64,000 nt of DNA from Heterodontus francisci (taxonomy: Eukaryota), in the NCBI RefSeq assembly GCF_036365525.1, contig NC_090371.1:115954388-116018387 (forward strand), written 5' to 3'. Below are positions 47,614 to 59,938 of the stretch, piece after piece (position 1 is the stretch's first letter; each line of letters begins with the position of its first letter). The translations under genes and the position numbers were made by a program. Under the pieces are notes generated by a model. The model saw nothing but the letters and a program-made list of their open reading frames with translations. It made no database searches and was not told the DNA's origin.

Positions 47614-48660
47614 TGATACGACCAAGGCGGGAGTAATGCACTGTTAATTCAGTCCCACTATTCCACAGGTCATAGCATATTAGTACCCACCTACCAGAAA
47701 AATTGCCAAATTAAACATTCTATTTGTCCCCCAGTATAAAGCACACCAAACCAGGTTTCTTTAAACAACAACAAAATTAACTATTTATTAAAAAACTAAG
47801 TCTTAAAGAATAATGAGATAACTCTATATGTGAAAGGACTCTTTTCAAACTTCTTATTCTACCTAATCCTCATGCACACACACACACACACATGCAAAAA
47901 AAAACTTCAACTGGTTTTAAAAGGAAGTTTTCAGATTACAGTTGTTTCTTAGGAATAATAAAATAACTAGGTTGTAACGTTCTGGTAGGATAGTTCTGGG
48001 TCAGTGCGGTGCCCTAGAGTCAAATAGTTGGATGCCACTCAAAGTCTGTCCAGGCGAGGTTGATAAACAGTCTGTGCTGGGTAGGCATTCACGGCACTTC
48101 GTCTGCAGCAGGTGTCACACAGATCTTTCAGCAAAGGGTGTAGCAACAGGTCTACTTGGGTTTTGAAATAGCAGTCTAGCCATAGAAGATTTCTTGTGAG
48201 TTCAGGATCTCTCAAAACATAAGAGGTACCAGGAATCACTCCTGGTGATTTTTCAGAGACTGGAGGCCATAGGCATTCGCTACCTTTTAAAATGTAGGGT
48301 TTCCTCTCAGCAAAGGAGCCTTTCTCCGCAGAGAGCAACAACTCCTCTTTTCCTGGGTGTTTTCCTCTCCAGGGGCCTTTTCTCTCTCCAGGCAGACTAC
48401 AGCCACCACCTCAAATGTAGAATTTCTTTTTACAAGAGAGGCAAGCCTTCTTTTTCAGAGAATAGGTCTTTTCTCTCTGGTCTGCAAACACAGCCAGCTC
48501 CACTGCTAGCTGCTTCCAGCTCCCTGGTCTTTTTCACACTGCAAAACTGAAACTGAAACTCTCACAATAAATTATTTGACAGCCATAAATCTTCCTGTCA
48601 TTTCCCTGTTGAGCTGCTTGGAAATAGGTGCCTTACAATCTGCACTCAGTTCAAACGCCA
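47614..48660 (-). mobile_element. Truncated LTR, distantly related to the Gmr1-type LTRs in this window
   Basis: Starts TGATACGACCA (compare TGTTACGACCA at 53349) and shares the AAACCAGGTTTCTTTA...TTTATT block. Contains a (CA)n tract. The other end was not found. Confidence 0.55.
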
Positions 48661-48665
48661 AGTTT

Positions 48666-50835
48666 GGAATGGATGGGCTATCTTATGAGGAAAGATTGGA
48701 CAGGCTAGGCTTGTATCTGCTTGAATTCAGAAGAGTAAGAAGTGACTTGATTGAAACATATACGATCCTGAGGGGTCTTGAGAGGGTGGATGTGGAAAGA
48801 ATGTTTCCCCTTGTGGGAGAATCTAGAACTAGGGGTCACTGTTTAAAAATAAGGGGTCGCCCATTTAAGACAGAGATGAGGAGAATGTTTTACTCTCAGA
48901 GGTTCATGAGTCTTTGGAATTCTCTTCCTCAAAAGGAAGTGGAAGCAGAGTCTTTGAATATTTTTAAGGCACCCCCTGTATCTCTGCAATCTCTCAGCAT
49001 TTAGATAATATCCTTCTTTATTATTCTTCCTATCAAAATGGACAACTTTGCATTTTCCTACATTATACTCGAACTGCCAGATTTTTGCCCAGTCACTTAA
49101 CCTAGCTATATCCCTTTGTAGCCTCCTTATTTCCTCTTCACATCCTACTTTCCTACCTATCTTTGTGTCATCAGCAAATTTAGCAACCATACCTTTGGTC
49201 CCTTCATCTAAATCATTTATATAAATTGTAAAAAGTTGAGGCCCCAGCACCGATCCCTGTGACACACCATTTGTTACATCTTGCCAACCAGAAAATGACC
49301 CAATTATGCCTACTCTCTGTTTCCTGTCAGTTAGCCAGTCCTCTATCCATGCTAATATATTAATATATCTAGCAAAATATCTAGCTAACAGGAAACAGAG
49401 CGCCAGGATAAGCAGGGCATTTTCAGGTAGGAAAATTGTGGAGTGCCGCAGGGATCAGTACTGGGGTCGTAACTATTTACAATCCATAGCAATGACTTGG
49501 ATGAAGGGACCGAATGTATTATAACCAAATTTGCTGATGATACAAAGAAAGATAGGAAAGCAAGTTGTGAGGAAGGCACAAAGTGTCTGCAAAGAGATGT
49601 GGATAGTGTTATGACCAGGTGAGAAAGGTGTCTAGGGGTTCCTTTCAGCCTTCACCTGGTCTTACTGTAACAGGGTTTTATTTTTAAACACACTGTGTTT
49701 TGAGCTGCCGCTTGATGAATCTTTTATCACTGCTTTCCAATTATAAGGCAAAGAAATGAGCATAAACAGGCTTTCTTAGGTTTAAAGAAGAAAAGTAAAG
49801 TTTATTAGAACTTAAACTTAAATTCTAATTTGGTTAATGCCTACAGATACACTCCGCGTCCATGCTAGCAGGCATATGCGATATGCACATGTAAATAGAG
49901 ACCGAAAAGAGCAGAAGAAAATTAGTGGAGTGGTTTGAGGCAATCTCTGAAGAGGGGATCTTTGTTACTGTGCTTCGAGCTCGTTGTAGTCCTAGCTTCT
50001 AGGTAGATCTTGCTTTTCATTGGGGTCCAATATTCCTCTTAAATCTTGTTCATTGTAGGAGACTTTTCTCTCTTGGGGTTCAAATGCCTTCACTGGTTTC
50101 CGAAGCTGGTGAGAGAGATGAGAACAGAGAGGAGAGGCAGTGGCAAGCCAGCAACGAGAGGTCTTTTCAGTCCAGGAGCAAACAGCTTTTGGACTTCAAA
50201 CACTGTTTCTCCAATTTAAAACGCCCTTAGTTGGTCAGCAGGTGGTCACATGACTGACTGATTTCACCAGGTCACTTCTATGTATTGAGAGCATCTTAGC
50301 AGTCAACCTGGAATGCAAGTTTCTCCACCTTCAACATCTGGTAATCAAAAGTCCATTGTGGATTAAATTGGAGCAGGAAATGGCCCCTTTGTCCTTTCCA
50401 AGTACTCTCTATTACTATGCGAATGTATTTCCAGTCAAGAGTCTAGTGTTTTTTTTAAAGTTATTTCTTTACTCCAGTAACAGTTTAAAAATCAATGTTT
50501 GTGTGGTGAAATTAATGTGCCCCATTATTGGCAGATGGGGGCCTGCATGACAATAGGTTAAGTGAGTGTGCAAATATTTGGCAGATGGAATATAATGTGG
50601 GAAAATGTGAGGTTGTCCATTTTGGTGGCAAGAATAAAAAAGCAGAGTATTGTTTAGACGGAGAGAGACTGCAGAATGCTGCGGTACAGAGGGATCTGGG
50701 TGTCCTTGTACATGAATCACAAAAAGTTAGCATGCAGGTACAGCAAGTAATTAGGAAAGCAAATGGAATGTTTGCCTTTATTGAAGGGGGACAGGGTATA
50801 AAAGTAGGGAAGTCCTTCTACAGCTGTACAGGGTG
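48666..50835. mobile_element. CR1 fragments: plus 48666-48970, minus 48972-49355, plus 49380-50835 (split by a solo LTR)
   Basis: Peptides LSYEERLDRLGL, QGSVLGPQLFTIYINDL...KFADDTK and WQMEYNVGKCEVVHFG. Confidence 0.85.
49607..50552 (-). mobile_element. Solo LTR (946 bp) of the Gmr1-type family
   Basis: TGTTATGACCAGG...GCCTGCATGACA termini and 4-bp TSD ATAG at 49603-49606 / 50553-50556. Homologous to 53349-54289. Confidence 0.92.
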
Positions 50836-51569
50836 ATCACACCTAAGTCTGGTTTTATGATCCTGTTGAAGGCGGGATCATGGGGGGGTGGGGGGGGGCG
50901 GGGGAGGGCGTGGAGAATCCCTGCCACCCCGACGTGACAGTATCATCATTTAAATGTTTTACCTACTGACATACATATATTTGAATGTTTTTCACCACGA
51001 TTCAACAAAGACATTCTCAATTTTGTGTTTGACATGCGGTACTCACATGCCTTCAGTTTTGTGTCTTTCAAAAGCTGGTTCCACCAAAGTGAGAGTCCTT
51101 GGTGCCTTGAGAGAGAAGGTAACTTCACTGGAGTTATGTGGGAAAGTGGAGTTTGCAGCAGACATTGCACTAGGCTGACTCTGCCAGGGGATTGTATGTC
51201 GAGGTGGTGGGAGCACTCTACAAGTGGATTATGTTTGAAGCAGAGGAACTCTGAGAAAGTATAGGTTATGTTTGTTGGGGGTGGGTGAATTACAGGGTAG
51301 TTTAGATGGTGTTGGTATGGTAATGTTGGCTCGCACTTATGGAAAGGTTGTCAGACCAACATTATTCCATACTATAGAGCTACTGCAGGCATCATGCAGA
51401 AGCAAAATTCACACACTTCTTTGCCCAGACAAATTTATTTTAGCTTTTGAAGTAAGCTGACGATCCAAGGAGAATAGAGATGGTATATGCAGAGTTGGCA
51501 GTCTTTTAAATATGGCCTTTGTAGTTGGGCTGAGAACACGTTGATCAAGGAGGTTCACCCGAACACATT

Positions 51570-51760
51570 TCAGAAATTCTTCCCTTTCCTACCTTCCATT
51601 CCAGAATTATCCCAATCAATATTTAGGTAATTAAAGTCCCCCAATATTACCACTCGATAGTTCTTGCACATTTCTGTGGTTACCCCGCAGGTTTGCTCCT
51701 CTAACTCTCTCTCACTATTTGAAGGCCTATAGAATGCCCCTAGCAATGTGATCATACCCA
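51570..51760 (-). mobile_element. CR1 endonuclease fragment
   Basis: Peptide LLGAFYRPSN...VVILGDFNYLNIDW. Confidence 0.8.
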
Positions 51761-53052
51761 TACTGGATTATGGGAAAATACCATGTAATTGTGCAACTCA
51801 CAATTCACACCTAGGCTGTGACGCTGATGAGTTCAAGGCCCTTTATCACTTTGAAAATGTTTTTCAAGGTTCCACTGCACTTAATGTTTTATAATATCAT
51901 TAGAGGGTACACAAAAATCAGGTAATCTGAACTGACTATCTAAGACAACTTCATAGAAACTTAATGCTTCAACCAGAGCCAATAAATTCCTCAGTGCAAT
52001 GCAACGCAATCGAATTCTGAAAAGATGGCTTTTAGCTTTTAAGATCTGCAACATGTGTTTATAGACCTGAACCAATGACCTTCTAAATAATGCAAAACCA
52101 ATACATATCGACTTTTCTATCAGTCCAGCTGAATTCAACGAGTGAGGTAAATCTTAAATCTCAGGGTTCAATTAACCTTGGCTATAAATAAAAGCAGCAG
52201 TTAAATTTCCATTACAAAGCATTTAACAAATCAATGCTGTGATCCAGAAATGTTTGGGATTGCACAGGCACTTATCAGGCGATTCGCCTGACTAAGACAA
52301 ACAGGCATTATTGACTAATCTTTAGCGGGAGATAGTTATTTTTATCTATTAGCCATCTACAGATTAGGTTTACAAAACAATTTGAATATGTCCCACGTCC
52401 TACCAGTTGTAAAAGATCAAGTGAAACTTACTGGTGGTAATTCTATGAGGAGAGGCTCCTAATATAGAGCCTCGCTACTGGTGAGCACAAATGAGAAAAT
52501 TGAGGCGACAATGTCTTGCTCACTGACAGCTTCCATTTACAATTTGGTAATATGTGCCCCTGGCATGCTGCCGCAGTACAGAAGTAAAATAATTATCCTT
52601 ATATGCTCTACCTATCATACAATCAAGTTTTGTGACAGGGACTAAGCATTCCCATTGGCAAGCCAGAGGACGCATAGTTGCCAACCATCAGCTTTTAAGG
52701 CAAGTAGTCAGAATTTCTCATCTTCGGTCATACTACTGGTGCGGTGCCCCAAAGGCTTTAGCACTTTTGCAAAAGGCATTATAGATGGTTTCATCACGTT
52801 AATGGGGGCTGGAAGGATTGGCAGTTAAGACAACTTTCAGAAAAAGAGAGAAAAATCTTCAAAAATAAACTCATTGCCAATATAGTAAACCGGTAACCTG
52901 AGACCTCCTTTTGTTTGGTAGTTTAGAACCATCATGGCAGAAGCTGTATCTGTAGTCCAGCATGCATCACGTATAATACAGCAATGCTTTTTCTTTGTTC
53001 AAGTGAGATTCAGTTGCAAGTCTAATATGCTAAACTATAAATAGCTAAATGC

Positions 53053-53348
53053 ATAGAATTGCAAAGAGTGTACAGCACAGAAACAAGCCATTCAGGCCAA
53101 CTGATCCATGCCAGTGCCCATGCTTCACATGACCCTCTTTCATCCCCTACTTCATTGAAACTTATCAGCATAAACTTGTATTCCTTTCTCCTCAACTATG
53201 TATCTAGCTTCCTCCTTAAATGCATCAAGGCCAGTTTCCTCAACTAATTATTTTGGCAGTGAGTTACATATTCTAACCAGTCTTGGGGTCAAGAAGTTTC
53301 TCCTAAACTCCCTAATGATTTAATAGTGACTATCTTATACTTATGGCT
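53053..53348 (-). mobile_element. CR1 3' end hosting the Gypsy element (continues at 59280-59330)
   Basis: GTGACTATCTTATACTTATGGC|...|CAAGTGGAAACATC is collinear with the CR1 at ~39885-39945. Confidence 0.7.
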
Positions 53349-56300
53349 TGTTACGACCAGGTGAGAAACAAGTCCAGGGTTCCCTTTCAGCCTTCACCTA
53401 GTCTCACCGTAACAGGGTTTAATTTTCAACACATCATGTTTTTTAGCTCCCCCTTGGTGAATCCTTATTCACCGCTTTCCAATTATAAGGCAAAGAAACC
53501 AGCACAAACAGGCTTTCTTAGGTTTAAAGAAGAAAAGTTGAAATTTATTAAACTTAAACTTTAATTCAGCTAATGCCTACGGATACATGATGTGCCTACG
53601 CTAGCATTCATACGCGATACACACATGCAAATAGAGACAGAAAAGAGCTGAAGAAAAATAAAGTGGAAAAGTTTGAGGCAATATCTGAAGAGTTCTTCTT
53701 ACATTTCTTCAAGCTCACTGTAGAGCCCTTGATTGCAGGTCGATCTTGCTTTTTGTTGTGGGCCAGTATTCTTCTTAAACCTTGTTTGCTGTAGGAGACT
53801 TTTCTCTCTTGGGGTTCATGTGTCTTCAGTGGATTCAGAGACTTGTGAGGAAGAGATGGGAGCAGGCGAACAGAAGGGGCTGTGGTGAGCCAGCCAGGAG
53901 AGATCTTCTCAGTCCAGGAGCATTCTGCTTTCTGCCCAAACTGTGTGTACAAATTCAAAAAGCTCAGTTTGCCCAGCTGGTTAGTTATGCAACTAGCTGG
54001 TTTGACCATGTCCGTTTGTGTATTCGGCCATTTTAGCAGTCAATCTGGAATGCGAGCTCCCCCACCTTCAACATCTGGTGATCAAAAGTCCATTGTGAGT
54101 TGAATGTGTCAGGGAATGACTGCTTTGTCCTTCCAAACACTGTTTGTTAATATGCAAATGTCTTTCCAGCCAAGATCTGGCAATTTTTGAAAGCAAGTCC
54201 TTTCTTCACTTCAACAACAGTTTGAAATTTAATGTCCATGTGGTGAAATTAATATGCCTCATGCTTGGCAGGTGGGGGCCTGCATGACACCTTCACACCC
54301 AGTGGAATGAAATGCAATTTGAGAAAAGCACATTTAATTAAAAGGGTCGAGAAAAAAATGTAAGATATAGAAAAAACATGCATTTCTCTCATTCATTCCC
54401 ATTCATTCATAAATCCTAAAACTTATTACAGTCTGTCTTTTCTTGATGCCAATGCTACTTTAATGGCCCCCTTTTTGGCATCTCAATAAACATGTCATTC
54501 TTTTTTTTTGGAAAGTTTCTCTTCCGTTTGCCCATTTCCATGGCTGCCTGGGGTCTTTGTTCCTGTTGAGATCTGAAAAGGTGAATGGGTGGTTTCTCTT
54601 TGCTTCTGACTGTGGGGAAGGATTCTTTGCTAATCTCCCCTTTGTTCCAGAGGACAGTTCTGCCTGCAGGTATTTGTGCAGACTCCACTGCACTCCCCTG
54701 TGACACTTTGACGAGGTGAGACATCATTGTCACGGTTTCTCTGCCCATAAGAGGTCTTTCTTTGTCTCTACAGGTTCCTGTCAGTGCTGTTAGCAACTCT
54801 GGTGGGGTGCTTCTAGTGTCTGCATTTACATAGGAGGATGTGGGTCTAACCTTTTACACTTTTCGGTGTTAGCTGACCGGATAATAGGGGTTTTCATCCA
54901 GAATTATTCCCAGACTTCCTTTAACCTGCCCTCTTGGTCACTTATTCCCCTTTTCTGTCTGATCTTTTCCCAGCCTTGTGCCTGCCTGTTCCTTTTTGTT
55001 CTCGGTGGGGGTCCCTTACAGTTCACCAGCCCCATGCTGGAGGGTCCTCCTAAAACTGGTGCAGGACTTAGGGGTGCAGGTTTCACAGTAGGTTGGGGTT
55101 CCCCTCAACTTGGCACATGTGGCAACTCCTGCAGTACTTCACCACATCTTTGTGGAGTTTTGGCCAGTCAAACCATTGTCTTATGCGGGCTATGGTCTTT
55201 CCTATACCGGCATGTATAGCCACTGTAGTCTCATGGGTCCTTCTTAATATTTCTCTCTGGTACCTCTGTGGCACCACTAACTTGTGAACTATTGTCTACT
55301 CCTTGCTCTCAGTTCTGTGAGGAGAACTCCATTTCCTCATCAGTACCTCATTCTTTAAATAGTAGCGATCAGGGACTCCATCTGCATCACTTTCAGACTG
55401 GGCAGCCTGTGCTAACGCTCACAATACTGGTTCAGCTCGCTGAGCCTCAGCTAGGGAAAATCCATTTAATTCATTTCCTGGTCTCCTAACTTTGCAAAGA
55501 AAGTCTTGGACAGGCAGACCTCATGGTCATCTGCCTGCGGTTCCAATGCAGTCTCCTCTGGGGAGCTGGTTTGATCATAGCCTGACCCACTACACATTCA
55601 GGGAAACTGCAGGGGTCCGTCTCCCACCACTGTCCTGTCTCTCTGACATCCTGTGGTCTTTCTTTCACTACTGGGGGAGCTACCACCTTCACCCCCAGCA
55701 GATCATTACCTAGGAGCAGGTCAACCCCGTCCACAGGCAAACTAGGGACAATCCCTACGGTCACCGGTCCTGAAACTAGGTTACACTCCAGGTGCACCTG
55801 GTGTATAGTTACATTCATACACTGCCCTCCAATACCATTCACCACCATTCCGGTGTTCACTGCACTCTCTGGGGGAAAGGTCAGGTCTGTTCCCAGTAAA
55901 AGGGATCTAGCGGCCCCTGTGTCCCTGAGAATTACTGTAGGCTTGCTTGCCCCTCTCGAGTGGTATGGGGTTACCCTCCCTTCAGACACAAAACCTTGAT
56001 AATCCTCAGGAATCCTATTACATTTTCCTGGACTTGCAGCCATAAGGGTTCTGGGTCTCACTCTTACTGCTGTTAAAGCTACAGCTTGTTCTGCTGTGCT
56101 TTCCATCAAGTTCACTTCTTCACTGATCGGCTGTGCTCTGATTAACCCTACAGGTTTTCCCTTTAGTTTCCAGCAGTCAGCTTTTAAATGCCCTGCTTTA
56201 TTACAATAGAAGCACACAGGTCTCCAGGTCTCATTCCTGCTCCCAGCACCTTCCTGCTTGGCTAAAGGAGACACAAGGCCCCTGTGTCACCTGCTTCTCT

Positions 56301-56461
56301 TTCTCTCCCAGGACTGCTTGGGCTCCTATTACCTTCCCACCCTTTGTCCACTTCGGATTTGTGGGGGTGATTAGGAAAGGTTCTCCCCTGGGAAACTGAC
56401 TTATAAATTAAAGCAAACTCATCAGCTAGAATGGCTGCTTGCCGGGCTCTCTGAACTCACT

Positions 56462-56824
56462 CACATAAAACAAAAGCAAAATACTGCGGATGCTGGAAAT
56501 CTGAAACAAAAACAAGAAATGCTGGAATCACTCAGCAGGTCTGGCAGCATCTGTGGAAAGAGAAGCAGAGTTAACGTTTCGGGTCAGTGACCCTTCTTCG
56601 GAACTGACAAATATTAGAAAAGTCACAGATCCCGTCGGAGAAAAGAGCAGAACTTCTTCAAGGTAGGCATTCCTGGAAGAGAAGTGGCAGTGAATTAAAC
56701 ACTAAAATAAAAGCAAAATACTGCGGATGCTGGAAATCTGAAACAAAAACAAGAAATGCTGGAATCACTCAGCAGGTCTGGCAGCATCTGTGGAAAGAGA
56801 AGCAGAGTTAACGTTTCGGGTCAG
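56462..56824 (-). mobile_element. Young Penelope-type partial-tandem insert within gag
   Basis: Two identical ~119-bp direct repeats (56472-56590 and 56709-56827). TSD TGAACTCACT at 56452-56461 / 56825-56834. Short ORF start MPTLKKFCSFLRRD from 56670. Confidence 0.85.
56569..56605 (-). ncRNA. Minimal type I hammerhead ribozyme motif
   Basis: Minus strand AGTT-CCGAAGA-A-GGGTC/ACT/GACCC-GAAA-C-GTT-AACT. The palindromic ACGT stem III is typical of hammerheads that need a dimer. Core variant CCGA. Confidence 0.78.
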
Positions 56825-57674
56825 TGAACTCACTGTTCCTCTACATGGGTCTTTATGGAGAGTGGGAGAGAGTGTTTAAATTCCTCTAACATAATTGCTT
56901 CTCTAAGACTCTCATAGCTGAGCTGTACTTTAGGAGCCCTCAGCCACAGGTCAAAAGCCAGCTGCTTACTTTTTTCAAACTCCAGATAACTTTGATTAGC
57001 TTGCTTCTTGAGGGTTCTAAACTTTTGGTGATAGGCTTCAGGTAATAATTCATAGGCACGAGGATAGCACTTTTTGTCAGTTCATAATTTGATGAACTCT
57101 CATCTGGCAACAGGGAATAAACGCTTTTCCAGTTAGCTTGCTTTGCAGTAAAAGAGGCCACATTTCAGCTGGCCATTTTAGCTGCCTTGTCAGTTTCTCA
57201 AAGGACCCAAAAATACTTCTACATCCTCCTCATTGAATTTTGGAATTAATTGAGCTAGTTTTAACAATTTTGTACTCAGTCCTGAATTATGCTCCTCCAT
57301 ATTGGCCATGCTTTCACTGAGGTTACTCTGTCGCCCCCCCGCACCCCCCCCCCCCCCCCCCAAGTTAACTCAAGCCACTACACAAACTCTCTTTCTTTGC
57401 ATTCCTTCCAGAATATTATTTCTCTCTCCCTCTCCTGTCTTTCATTTTCTTCATGTTCCTTTTGGCAGGCTCTTTCTTTCTCCCTCTCCTCTAATTCAAG
57501 TTTCCTCTGTTACAATTGTATCTTTGCTAACAATACCCTGTCAGAGTCTGCTTCTAACCCTGTTTCTGCTTCTTCAGATTCAAGGGAAAAATGGTTGGCC
57601 ACTAGCCTTAGGAGTTCAGACTTCCCAGCCTTGCCACAAACAGTGATCCCACACTGCTCAGCCATTTTCCTCAA

Positions 57675-58032
57675 CACAGTGGCGCAGTGGTTAGCACCAC
57701 AGCCTCGCAGCTCCAGCGACCCGGGTTCAATTCTGGGTACTGCCTGTGTGGAGTTTGCAAGTTCTCCCTGTGTCTGCGTGGGTTTTCGCCGGGTGCTCCG
57801 GTTTCCTCCCACCACCAAAGACTTGCAGGTTGATAGGTAAATTGGCCATTATAAATTGCCCCTAGTATAGGTAGGTGGTAGGGGAAGATAGGGACAGGTG
57901 GGGATGTGGTAGGAATTTGGGATTAGTAGGGTTAGTATAAATGGGTGGTTGATGGTTGGCACAGACTTGGTGGGCCGAAGGGCCTGTTTCAGTGCTGTAT
58001 CTCTAAATAAATAAATAAAAATAAATAAATAA
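57675..58032 (+). mobile_element. V-SINE inserted in the gag 5' region
   Basis: Full SINE structure with an (AAAT)n tail. The gag frame reads MEE|LRKMAE across it. Confidence 0.92.
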
Positions 58033-59683
58033 ACTCCTCCATAGTCAGCGCTTTTAACAAATCCCAAGTTACTTCACCCTGGCTTGGAGAGCTACTAGCT
58101 TCAGTTGCAGACATGTTAGTATTCAAGCACACACAACCACAAGAAAAGCTGGATTGAAATCTAGCACTTTTTGTTTGGGAACAATTTGGCTTCCCACTTC
58201 CAATTTCTTTCGTTTGTCTGTGGGTCAATTCCAGACGCTAGCACCAACATTTTTGTTACAACCAGATGAGAAAGAGGTCTGGGGTTCCCTTTCAGCCTTC
58301 ACCTGGTCTTACCATAACAGGGTTTAATTTTAAAACACCATTTTTTTAGCTCCCCCTTCGTGAATCCTTGTTCACCACTTTCCAATTATAAGGCAAAGAA
58401 ACCAGCACAAACAGGCTTTCTTAGGTTTAAAGAAAAAAGTTGAAATTTATGAAACTTAAACTCTAATTCGGTTAACGCCTACGGATACATGACGTGCCCA
58501 CGCTAGCTTTCATATGCGATATACACATGCAGATAGCGACAGAAAAGAGCTGAAGAAAAATAAAGTGAAAAAGTTTGAGGCAATATCTGAAGAGTTCTTC
58601 TTACAGTTCTTCAAGCTCACTGTAGAGCCCTTGATTGCAGGTCGATCTTGCTTTTTGTTGGGGCCCAGTATTCTCCTTAAACCTTGTTTGCTGTAGGAGA
58701 CTTTTCTCTCTTGGGGTTCATGTGTCTTCAGTGGATTCAAAGGCTTGTGAGGAAGAGATGAGAGCAGGCAGACAGGAGGGGCTGTGGTGAGTCAGCCAGG
58801 AGAGATCTTCTCAGTCCAGGAGCATTCTGCTTTCTGCCCAAACTGTGTGTACAAATTCAAAAAGCTCAGTTTGCCCAGCAGGTTAGTCATGTGACTAGCT
58901 GATTTGACCATGTCCATTTGTGTATTTGATCATCTTAGCAGTCAAACTGGAATGCGAGCTCCCCCACTTTCAGCATCTGGTGATCAAAAGTCCATTGTGG
59001 GCTGAATGTGACAGGGAATGGTCCTTTGTCCTTTCCAAGCACTGTTTGTTAATATGCAACTGTCTTTCCAGCCAAAGGTCCATTATGGGTTGAATGTGTC
59101 AGGGAATGGCTGCTTTATCCTTCCAAACACTGTCTGTTAATATGCAAATATATTTTCAGCCAAGATCTGGCAATTTTTTAAAGCAAGTCCTTTCTTCACT
59201 TCAACAACAGTTTGTAATTTAATGTTCAATTGGCGAAATTAATATGCCTCATGCTTGGCAGGTCGGGGCCTGCATAACATAGCCCAACAAGTGGAAACAT
59301 CCTCTCTATGTTTACCCCAACAACGCTTTTCACAGGACTGAATTTAAACATTTGGTCCCACTCACAGTGCGGGGAGGTCGGCAGCTGGTTGGGAAACTGC
59401 AAGTTCTTGGATTGATTTTTCAGTAGCTTTTTAACTGAGCCATAGCATTAACATCCCAATTCTGGGTTTCACAACCAATCGGAGCAGGCAGCTGTGAACA
59501 TATCCTGCAACAGACTGTTGAAGCCTCGGTATTTAGAAGGACACTAGTGGGAGACAGAATGGAACCATTCGACAACTGGCAAGTGAGAGACAACAATTCA
59601 AGTGATGGAATCTCAACAAGGAAAGGGTGTTCCCCCCCCACCCTCCCCAACCTTCCTCCCCATTCTATTACCGGAACCCCGGT

Positions 59684-59938
59684 TTTGGGTACTGCCTGTG
59701 ACCGCGTGAGTTTCCGCCAGGTGCTCCGGTTTCCTCCCACCGCCAAAGACTTGCAGGTTGATAGGTAAATTGGCCATTGTAAATTACCTAGTGTAGGTAG
59801 ATGGTAGGAGAATTGTGGGGATGTGGTAGGGAATATGGGATTTATGTAGGATTAGTATAAATGGGTGGTTGATGGTCGGCACAGACTCGGTGGGCTGAAG
59901 GGCCTGTTTCAGTGCTGTATCTCTCTATGACTCTATGA
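59684..59938 (+). mobile_element. V-SINE, 5'-truncated and internally deleted
   Basis: End of the V-domain and a tail ending (CTCTATGA)2. Confidence 0.85.

Larger units (their letters stand above)
54900..58114 (-). pseudogene. gag (SCAN-like capsid, zinc knuckle), protease and integrase H2C2 region
   Basis: LEEFKHSLP...QAAILADEF (capsid), CFYCNKAGHLKADC (knuckle), ILRDTGA (aspartic protease), H...HAG...WPKL...CRSCHMCQ directly after the protease. Confidence 0.85.
53349..59279 (-). mobile_element. Gmr1-type Ty3/Gypsy LTR retrotransposon, internally deleted (non-autonomous)
   Basis: LTRs at 58254-59279 (5') and 53349-54289 (3'), both TG...CA. PBS-like TGGTGCTAGCGTCTGGAATTG at 58246-58226. Purine-rich tract next to the 3' LTR. 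TSD imperfect. Confidence 0.9.

Noticed and set aside
58510-58740. Near-identical ORFs here and at 53608-54009, suggesting a duplicated gene
   Set aside because: Both lie within the paired LTRs, so the similarity reflects LTR duplication.
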